DNA from: Thalia democratica
Taxonomy: Eukaryota
Assembly (NCBI GenBank): GCA_965202585.1
Contig: OZ241828.1
Location: forward strand, 23,436,001-23,500,000
Length of the DNA: 64,000 nt
Direction of reading: 5' to 3'
Under the pieces are notes generated by a model. That model did not search any database, was not told where the DNA came from, and worked only from the letters and a program-made list of their open reading frames with translations. The stretch's first letter is position 1. Every line of letters starts with the position of its first letter. Made by a program: the position numbers and the translations under genes. This document shows positions 12,501 through 22,638 of this stretch, one piece after another.

Positions 12501-15500
12501 TACTTTCTCTAAATAATCACAACCAAAACTATTGATAAATGTTTATTAGATTAGTATTACCTTGGTTGATTGCCGTTGGTCCAGTAGTAACACTTCAACT
12601 TCCTTTCTACTTTCTTCTTAAGTTCCGGTTGAACCCTGCACAGTCTCTCGTAGTTACCTATTAAATATAATTAAATAACAATAACAATAAATACAGCTTC
12701 TTGTAATTGCTTAATTAAATATAATTAATAATTATCATTGTAATGCAATGAACTAATTCAGGTTTCTAATTTATATAGATATATTAATTTTAAAAGTTAC
12801 TAAATACTTAAAAATACAGCCTAGCTAAATAATTATTAACGAGTCTTTTGTAATTTACCAAGTACGATTAACAGTTGTTAATTAGATTTTTTCAAAATAT
12901 AAAATACAATTCAAAATATAATTATAATAATTATGACTTGTGATAATAATTATTGATGCAATTACCAAGTTTAAACTAATAGATAGAAAAATATATGACA
13001 TATAAAATTTAATGAATAGTAATTACCAAGTTCAGGTCTCTTGGCGGGCCCATCCTGCCCAGAAAGGTAAACTTCGTCTTGTCTCGAAAGAACTGATTCA
13101 CCCCTGCGGTTGCTGCCCAGTAGTTTCTGGAAGTACCTGTTTGGATTAGGAGTTATTATTAAAGTTATTTTATGTATTCAATGTTTTATGAAATGAAATG
13201 AAAATCAAATGTTTATACTAAAATGTACAATTTTTATTAATAGAATATAAGTACTAATGTTTCTAAAATGTTAAGAGCTATGTCAAGTAGTTTCTAAAAG
13301 TACCTTTTGAAAAGATTAAGTAATAACTAAATGCATTGAATAAAGCTTATGTAAACGATATATGAAATATAATATATGTTTGTTTAATGACATATTATGG
13401 TTGAAAACTTTTGTACAAAATACTCAATGTTTTTTTCATGTAATTACTTATTACTGCTTAAATGTAATATTTATATGTTTAATAAGACACATTATAAGGC
13501 GTCTACACCGTCTTAAAAGTTTCTTGAAGTATATGCTTTAACTTTAACGTTTGGATTTTAAATAAAAGTTAAAAGTTTACTTAATTTATTTTTACCTGTA
13601 TATGTTTAGTATAAGTTAAATTACGCTCACTAGTTTTGCTATTTTTTCTTATTTTGTCTTACCTGTATGACAAAAAGATATACTTAAAACTAATTATTAA
13701 TATGAAAACTTTAAAAAAAGTACTGTTTATTATTTCAAAATACCTGTAATTTCCCTGAATCCTAGCATCGGAAGGATCAATGTCCATCATTTTAGTCGTG
13801 ATATCCATGGCTCTCTTCAGATTACCAGTTCTTGAAAGACAGTACGATAAATGGTCCATCACATCGAATTTCGTGAAGTAAGTGTACTCCTTTTCGTCCA
13901 TACTCAGTGTTTGGGACATCCAAACCTTTGAAAATTGGTTAAGTTGGTAAGTAATCTTAAGTGGAAAAAAGTATATTGCTTAACCAAACGGGAAAGTGTT
14001 ATAAAACATTGAAAAAAATTTAAAAACTTACAATTGTTAGAAAAAAAAAGTATTTTTTAACAAAATAATTCTATTATAAATCAAACATTTGGACTATTAA
14101 GTGTACATCAAGCCTTAAACATTTATTATGACAATTTTAAATTTTTTTTGCTAAATCTGTGTGTTAAAAAATTAAAAATTTTTTAGTACATATTAAACAC
14201 AATACAGTAAGAACTAAAAACTTATTATACTATTTTAAACACACTATATTGTAATTTAAGGCCATAGGGGGGTAAAACACTTGACTTATATTTACAAAAT
14301 TTAACTTTGACTTTTATATGAAAGCTTTAATTACAAAATATATCCCAGTTTTTATAGAATTTGAAAATATCATTCAAATTTTCAGATATTTTTTTTACAA
14401 AAAGTTTTCAATACAAATGTAGGAACCCAGATTTTTTGGGGTCAATTTTCTCAGAAATTTTAAAAACCACTAAAAATCTATCTCCTCCTTCATTTTTCAA
14501 ACAATCTTCTTCAAATTTTCAGAAAATGTTCCTTACATTATAAGAAAAAAATGTTACTTATGAATTTTGATAATTTAAAATATTAAAAATTTTATGGCAA
14601 AAACTTAAGGAAAAGGTACTTTTGTGGCAAAAAAAAAATTTTTACTTAAATTTTTTTAAATTCACAAAGAAAGTTTTTTGGTATTGTATAAAGATTAGAC
14701 TGTGAAAGTTTGAAGAATATTGCTTAAAAAATGTAGGAGGAGATAGATTTTAAACAAAATAGTCTTTATTTGCTGTTTTAGTTTTCGCTTCCTATAGAGA
14801 ACCTATTATGCGGCCTGACTTTGACTGGTCATATCTCAAAAATTAATTCGAATTTTTAAAACCATAAAAAGTAACTTAAAGCTTAGAAAAAATCTATAAA
14901 ATAAGATCAACTAGTAAACCATGGCTACCCCTCTATGGCCTTAAATTTCAAAATGAGTTATTCCTATCACAATCAAACCAACCTTGCAGTGATAGTAGTC
15001 TTTAGCCAGGTACGACTCCCTGCCAATGTAGTAGCAATCTTCAGCTGAAAGGGACTGGTTTGACAGCTGTCCTTTTATGTTGCCGCTTGCGAACATTTTG
15101 GTGTCCAGTTTGTATGTGTCCTGCAACCTTAACAAGGCCATGGCAGAACCTTTCAAGTCGTTCTCACCTGGTAAAAAATACGTTTTTATAAAATAGATAC
15201 AAGGGTTTTCCATTAACAAAAAAAACTTACTTACTTGAGCGAAATGACAAAGATGAATTTAAATTACTGTTATTATTAATATAAAAAAAAATCTTAATCA
15301 ATCAAAATTGAGACATTAACAATTTTTAGGAACTGCTTACTTCTTCAGTTCTAAAACTGTATCTTATTTAATGTATAAAGTATAATTTTATTTTTTAATG
15401 AGTTTCTGGTATTCACATGTGAATGTTAAAGCATGAGGTTTTTAGATAAATGATTAAAAACTGTCAAATCAAAACTGACCTGGAAAGTTAGCCTTCCTAG

Positions 15501-17440
15501 AGTTGAAAAGCTCCATGAACTCCTGGCTGTTGTCTGCATTGACCTGATTAAATATTAAATAGTTTTTATTAGTTTTATAAAGTAAAACTATTTTAAAAAT
15601 TTAACATCTATACCTATTGTATATACCTTTCAGAAATATAAATTCACAAATTGTAGTTGTTTACTCAAGTGTGTTTTATTTTCGTTTTTTAATCAAAAGA
15701 TTAAAGCTTGGTATTCTTTTAAAAATGTTATGAAAAGATTAAAAGTTGAAATATAGTAATTTTTGTTTCAATTTAAACAAATAACTATTATTTAGAATAG
15801 TGGGCAAACTTATACTATATTTTTTTAATAACTTAAATTATTTTTAAAATTAAACTTAAACAAGAATTAAATTCTTACATTAGTAACGGCTTATTTGTGT
15901 AATTAATATTTTTAGTTACAAGTAAGATACTTATCAAATTAAAGAACAAAACAATCATTAAAAATAAAACAAACTAGCTTTAAGATCAATAAGTTTCTTA
16001 ACTATTTATATCTACTTTTATGTTCAACTTTTATTACATACATTTTCCCAGTTTTTACTTTTTATAAACTAGATAAATATACGACTAATCTGAAATTACT
16101 TTAACAAAAGAAGTTCGAATACGCATAATTTTTATATTTACATTAGCATTACATTGTGCTTTTTACACAAGTATTAAAATGAGTTCAAATGGTTTTGATG
16201 AAAGTTCATATTGAATGCAAATAGATTTGATATCTACCTGATCTAATACAAATTTATAAAAAATTAGTTTAGTAATCATTATAAGCCTTATAAAAATATT
16301 TTGAATAAACTTGCTTGGTTTTTAATTAACTTTCATAATAGTTATATATCTTATATGGCAGGGCAGACAAACTGCGGCCCCTCGGTCACAATCATAACTT
16401 TATTTGAAATAACTAAAATCAATAAAGTTTTTTTTATAAATTTTTCAAAAATTTATGTAACCTTTTTAAAGTATGTATACCACAAACAACTTTTTCTTAA
16501 AAACCTTGTTAGCTTTTATTTTATAACATTTTAAACTATTAGTTTTGGAGGCTACCTATTATAAACAGTGAACTTTTTTTTAATTCCTTATGTATCTATT
16601 TTTGTTAATATACATCATACTTTTAAAATACTATTAATATAGATATTATAAAATATTTAATAATATAAACATTCATAAAGATCTTACTTGATCTTCCAAT
16701 TGACTCCATTCATACCCCATCCTCTTGATCAACCTGAACTGGTTGATGGGGTGACTCAGGTACTTATCAACATCCAACTCAGCCTGGTTGTTCACCTGGT
16801 ATGTGTATAACTTTGGAAAAAGTGTTATTTTGTTTAAACTTAATTTTACTTTAATACTTTTAACACTTTATCACTTTAAATATTTGGTTTAATACTTTAT
16901 AGACAAATCACAGCAACATACTATACATGATGCAAAAAACATAAGTAAACCACTTTTTGTTTTACATTTTTAGCACTATAATAATTCTAATAGTATACCA
17001 TTTATAAATTATATAAATAAATACATAGACCTACTAATATAATCTTATACTTATAAAAAGTAGAATCACTAGACATAGAAACTTTTATCAACATAACAAA
17101 AATTTTACATTTTACAATATGTTTCATTGAAGGCAACAATTATATAACAAACTTTTATACTTTATGGTAATATAAACTCTTTCAAGTATAAGCCTCATTA
17201 GACTTAAAAGAGTCTTAAAAACAACAAAATGCAACTCACTTGTTCAAACTGATTGAGTGCGTTCTTGATATTATCCAATCTTTTCTCTTCCGCTTGCAAG
17301 TAATCTTCCAAGTTCTTCACCAGGTCCTGCTCGTTCTTCAACAGCTCCTCCATGACACCAAGTGACGAAAACCACTCCTTGGTGGCTGAACATGTGAGAG
17401 TGGTGAGTGAATATACGAACAGGAACAGAAGAGCTTTCAT
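9597..17440 (-). CDS. P4HA: Prolyl 4-hydroxylase alpha subunit (collagen P4H-alpha), 13 coding exons, 534 aa
   Basis: Exons 17440-17240, 16795-16688, 15543-15480, 15167-14983, 13925-13744, 13136-13027, 12657-12561, 12070-11919, 11589-11485, 11261-11177, 10589-10456, 10129-10046, 9694-9597 join in frame (1605 nt). Features: signal peptide, YLSHPINQFRLIKR, ALLRLQDTYKLD, YRVSKSAWL, catalytic GGQYEPHYD (HxD), TRHAACPVL (distal His), KWVGNKWIHERGQEFRRKC (2-oxoglutarate Lys). Vertebrate paralog number cannot be assigned. Confidence 0.96.
14260..14940. mobile_element. Complete TTAA-flanked MITE with GG...CC termini (Kolobok-like) in P4HA intron 4
   Basis: TTAA|GGCCATAGGGGGGTA ... TACCCCTCTATGGCC|TTAA: terminal inverted repeats, TTAA on both sides, internal inverted motif AATCTATCTCCTCCT / AGGAGGAGATAGATT. 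Superfamily is inferred from TTAA plus RR...YY termini. Confidence 0.8.
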
Positions 17441-17533
17441 GTTTGTGTTACTACTTTGTTCTAAAAATGGAATATATTTAGCACAAAACCACTTGAATAA
17501 AATCTGTAATATGCTTACTAGATCTATGTTAGC

Positions 17534-17956
17534 TAGGGTTTCCCTTTTTTCAAATAACCCCCTTTAAAAAATTTAAAAAAAAGCTCTGGCCTCCTCCAAA
17601 AAGATTTCTTCTTTAAAAACTACCTTTAAAATGCTTAAGAACTTTTTTTTGCTCGACATCATCTACCCCAGAAAATCTAGTGTAAGTTTAAAATTATGGC
17701 CTTGTGGCTCTCCCCTTTACAGCTTATGGCCCCCTAAATTTTCTTAAATTTTTTCATAATATCTAGTATAAACTTTAAAACTACCATTCAAAACGCCTAA
17801 GATTTTTTTCTGCTCTTCATTGTCAACTCCAGAATACCTAGTGTAAGTTTCAAACTATGACCTCATGCCCCCCTGTGGCCCCTTTGCTGCTTATGGCCTC
17901 CTAAATTTATGTAATGGCTCCTAAGGGGGCCACTTGGCCCACTATGGGAAACCCTG
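17534..17956. mobile_element. hAT-like MITE family B with an internal ~160 bp tandem duplication, just upstream of the P4HA start
   Basis: TAGGGTTTCCC ... GGGAAACCCTG termini; internal units at about 17617-17745 and 17777-17910 are similar to each other; homologous to 930-1180. Confidence 0.75.
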
Positions 17957-18343
17957 ATGTAGACAAACCATGTGGTTTAATTTAGACTTGATTTTGTGCA
18001 AAAAGGAAGATAGAGCTTTCATGTTTATGCTAATGTGTTGTGTATAAACACTTAAAAATTTAAGAACAGGAAAAAAAACTATAATGTATGTACTAGTTTA
18101 ATCCACTCTATATTTTTTTGCTGAGAAATTAGTGAAACTATTGTAAGAAATAATATTAGAAATAATTTAACTTGGACAGAAACAAAAGAGATTTTACGTT
18201 AACACTATTGTAATCTTATGAAATTATTTTATGTAGTTATTATATTTGTGTGTATAAAATTTATTTCTAAATACAATTTATTTTTTTTAATAGTACACAT
18301 GTTTTATGTAGCCTTTTGCCACAATCATCAGCTACTCGATTAA

Positions 18344-19060
18344 AGGGCATAGGAGAGTGTAAGATTATTTTTACAAAAATTAACATTTGCTCTTTTATGA
18401 AAGCTCAAACTACAAGCCCTTTTTTCTAGAATACAAAAATTTTAATTAGTTTTTGAGATATAACTATTCAAAATATAAATTTAAGTGTTTATTAACAAGT
18501 TCACTGGAATATAAAATAAAAACAAATTATACAGTAATCTTCCTTTATTGTACCAACATATGTTTCTGTGTATTAACGGATTGACACACTTCAACTGGGT
18601 TCTGTAAAATATTTAATAATTTAATGAAATAATAGAAGCTAAAGTAGGTGTATACACCTCTAAAGTTTGTAGAAATTATTTTTATTTTAATGAACACATC
18701 TATACACCTACTTTAGCTTCTATTCTTACATTACAGCATTTATTTTTTACAGAACCCAGTTGAAGTGTGCTAATCCGTTAAAAAACTAAAACATATGTTG
18801 GTATAATAAAGGAAGATTACTGTATAGATGGTTTTTATTTCTGAGATATAGGTATTTTTGTAAAAAAAAAATCTAATACAAATGCTTGGAACGCAATATT
18901 TTCAAGAATTTCTTAATTCAAAATTTCCCTACAAATTTATCTCCTCCTTTATTTTTCAAGCTAAACACGTAAAGTTTTCAGCAAACATTTATTTAAAGTT
19001 TTAAAAGACGTTTAAAATTAGGATTTTTAAAACATTAAATAAATAAAATTTTTCCATAAA
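18344..19060. mobile_element. Decayed copy of the TTAA (Kolobok-like) MITE interrupted by a foldback element
   Basis: Starts TTAA|AGGGCATAGG, aligns with the left part of 14260-14940, and resumes after 18845 (AATACAAATG..GGAAC, ATCTCCTCCTT). Confidence 0.6.
18500..18842. mobile_element. Foldback (long inverted repeat) MITE, copy 1
   Basis: Arms such as TATACAGTAATCTTCCTTTATT..ACCAACATATGTTT..CACACTTCAACTGGGTTCTGTAAAA and its near-exact reverse complement, plus AGAAGCTAAAGTAGGTGTATA / TATACACCTACTTTAGCTTCT; second copy at 54109-54421. Confidence 0.8.
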
Positions 19061-19073
19061 AAAACAAAAAAAA

Positions 19074-19346
19074 ATGGTGGTTTTTTTAATAAATAATACT
19101 ATAACAGGGTTTGTGACAGGGCACAATAGATTTACACTAGCTAGCTCTGTTCACTCACACAACACATGGTTTTCAAAGAAAATAAATATCATAACCAAAA
19201 GATGTGGAACAAGACTTGGCCTAATCTGCTTTAGGTATTTGGGTCCCGAGTTTTGTTTTAAAGTTTCTGAAACTTTTAAAAACTTAAAAAAAGATTGTTT
19301 CAAATTTAGTTATAAAAACTTTTTGTTAAATAACTACAAGAAGTAG
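19074..19346 (+). mobile_element. 3' remnant of a non-LTR retrotransposon (CR1/L2-like LINE ORF2 C-terminus)
   Basis: ORF text VHSHNTWFSKK...RYLGPEF...FKFSYKNFLLNNY resembles the C-terminal HxxNTR...RYxGPxxWN...FKxxxKxxLL pattern of CR1/L2-type ORF2; no reverse transcriptase core is present. Confidence 0.55.
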
Positions 19347-20975
19347 ATCTAGAGTGCTTCTGCATGTGTGTTTTGTTTGTGTTGAAATTTGATTCATGTT
19401 ATTTGGGCATCAGATTGTGATGTGTTGGTCTTTTATTTTATGAATTTCCTGGTAATAAAAGAGTGATTGTTATAAGTTATTGAAATAAATTTTACTTATT
19501 GTTAATTAATTTTATTTGTTGTGTTTTCTTTATTGCGCTAAATTTAAGATAAATTATTTTATTCATTTAAACTTTTATTTTATTAGAAAATTAGAGGTAA
19601 AAGTATAAAGTTAATAAAATCTTTTTATTTTTTATTATTTTAGTTTTACATCAGGTTAAATACTAACCAGTTTATATACTATATATATATATTATATATA
19701 TAATTATTGTCTTGTCGACATATAAAAAAGCTTCTTTTAAAACACAACAAAGTTTGAAGCATTTTATAGTCAATTAACTGTTGTTTTTGTTAATTTTAGT
19801 TGTTTAATTAGTTAGAAGGTAGATCGATTTTTGTACTGAATATTTGTAATGTACAATATTACGCCATACTGTTTTTTGTTTTTTTGCATAACTTTTGTAT
19901 CTTTGTTTAGTACAGTGCTTTGTATTTTGAATTTAACTGGCTGATGATCAAAGCTTTATGAAAAATTAAAGCTTTGTGAAACATATGTTCCAGTATTTTT
20001 AAAATCGCCATTTGAATAAATTATTTAAAAGCCCTTCAAGTGGGCTCAGTTGAAAGTGTTTACGTTTAAACATTAACCTTATTTTATATATTATATATTA
20101 TATATAAATATAATACTTATTATTGTTTTTTTTTCAAATACAAGCAGTATTTCTTTATTCTAGTTTTTTTTTCAAATAGAAATTAATACTTTCAATTAGA
20201 TACTGGTTTATTTGAGTTTGCAACAGCTGATTGTGAGTTCACACTGGTGGCAGTGATCACATGATTGGATTGTTAATGTGTTTTTTGTTGTAGCAAATAC
20301 TTTCTTGGGGATTTGAGCTTTATGATTTTCCCACACTTTGTGTTTTTTTGTGTTGAGATTTTAACCTTGTGATTGTTTTCCAAATGACTTGTCACCGGAG
20401 GTTTTTCAATAAATGCTTAGGACTAGTTTTTAGTTTCATTTTGGTTGGTCAAAAATAAAAATTCTACTTTTCATTTTGTTTATCGATAGATATAGTTTTA
20501 TTTTCCATTAAAGTGTTAATTTTTTTTTGATAAATTCAAAGATATGGCAGGTGGAATAACATATGATGAGCTCAAATTCACTCATTGACCTTCAGAAAAC
20601 GTTTATCATTGCAGAGAAGAGAGTGAGTTAAGATATTTTTCTACCTTAAAAAGTTTTATGTTTCTAAATTAAATAAATTCATGCATTAAAACAATTTAAA
20701 TATTACTAATAGACTAAAATAAAAATTTGAAAAGATTGTTTAAAAAATTAAGGAGAAAATAGATTTTTAATGAAACAGAGTTTTTTTCTTTTTTGGTTTT
20801 AGCCTTCCATAAGGAACCTATTGAGGTCATCAACTTTGATCCCTTATAAATCAAAATTTACTTTAAATTTTTAAGCAGTAAAAAGAGTCTGATGGCAAAG
20901 ATTAAACTCTAAAAAATAATATTAACTTATAAAATCAATTTATTTCCCCATGCTCTTTAAGCCTGATACTAAATA

Positions 20976-21691
20976 CAGGGTTGCCACTCAATTTTTCAAT
21001 TTTTTTACCAGGTTTTCCAAATTTCTTCTAGGTTTCAAAAGTACACATTTCTGGGTGTATTTTAAGTTGAAAGTTAATTTTAAGGTAAGAAACTGTGTTA
21101 AATAGTATAAAAACATTGAAAAGATACTGTAAAGCTACTTCAAATATGTATTTTAATAATAAAAAAATTATGATGACCTAAATTTTTTATTTATATGAAA
21201 GAAAGAAAAATGTGAATGCTCACAACTATGGTTGATGGATTGGTGTGGAGAAAAATCTTTTGGATCATCACACCATATACATTAACTTTTTTTTTGAGCA
21301 GTTTTAACTAAAACAATAAAAAGAAACTTAAGATCAACAAAAAATCAAAATTATCATTAATATAGAATATGATAAATTTTTAGATTCAAATAGAAATTTT
21401 ACTACTGAAATTGTGCACCTAAAGGCGGTGGACTACATAGTGTGTTGACAAAAGCTTGAATTTTGCTTGATTCACGCATACACCGGTTTGATTCCCAGTC
21501 AAACCTCCCGGTCTAACAAGCTATCAAATCAACACATTATAACAAATCAATCTTCAGTACTGAACAAGTTAAAATGTTAAATAATCCAGGTTTTTTTCGA
21601 GATACCTCAAATTCAAGGTTTCTTTAGATTTTTTTGCCTAAATTGTCAAATTACAGGTTTTTCCAGGTTTCCAAGTAAAGTTGCAACCCTG
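20976..21691. mobile_element. hAT-like MITE family A (CAGGGTTGCC termini), opposite orientation, with extra internal sequence
   Basis: CAGGGTTGCCAC ... GTTGCAACCCTG; internal CCAGGTTTT motifs are the reverse of the AAAACCTGG motifs in the 27.8-33.1 kb copies; about twice their length. Confidence 0.7.
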
Positions 21692-22638
21692 TAAATGTAC
21701 AGAAAAAGAATAAACGAATTACACAAAAACAAAACTATGATAACGTGAAACTTCGAATTTGTCCAGGGAGTTTTAGTATAAAATATTTTACTTTACTTTA
21801 AATTAACAATCAAATCTACAAAGTTAACTATAAATCTTGTTCAACTTTCACAGTAATATTTTTATGTGCTAAAAAATGAAACAAACTTGCTGTTTGCTTC
21901 TTGAACATTTAACCAAGAAGCTTGTCAAGAAGAATCTGTTTTTGTCAATCTGGCTTTCTTTAACTAAAAAATTTTTTTCTGAATATGACACAGAATAGAG
22001 ATATATGGACCGACTATTTAGATAAATAAGTAGTGTGTATTAGGGCGCTTACAAAAACAGTAAGCTCTTAAATTTTCAGCTCATAAACCTGTGCAAAATT
22101 GCAGATGGTTTGACAAAACTTTTATGCTAGCAAAATATGATTTTCTGAAAACCTCCCCAATGCAAACTGTATGCGACGCAAAAAAAAACAGACTTTGAAG
22201 TTTTTGCTGGAAGTTTTTTTCACATGACAAAATTTTTACACGAGGTACTTCTTGATTTTATGTAGCTTTTATCAAAATTGTAAGTTTACAGTAGTTTCCA
22301 GTTTTTTTTCTTTTAGTAATAAAGATAAAAAATTAAAACCACAATGTACGAGTATAATAACCAATTTACAACTGAATGTAGTAGACACATAAACACAAAA
22401 CTTACTAACAAATGCAATGTATTTTAATCTGCATTTAGAAAATTTATTATTATTAGTTATCTTTCTGCTTGACTAGTTATGTGCATAACTTTTATAACAT
22501 TAAGGCTTCGTGATAAGGGTATTTTTTATTGGTTGTAGAAATATTTATTAGAAGGGTAAAATAATTCGGTTTGAGATTAAAGTAAGCGAATAAAAGATGC
22601 TCAACTAGATCTGTAAAAGTAGAAAAACATAACTTCAG

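Noticed and set aside
16175-16270. Possible echo of P4HA exon 3 in intron 2
   Set aside because: The similarity (GAGTT.AAA.G, ATGAA, ACCTGAT) is patchy and could be chance, so it is not counted among the clear echoes.
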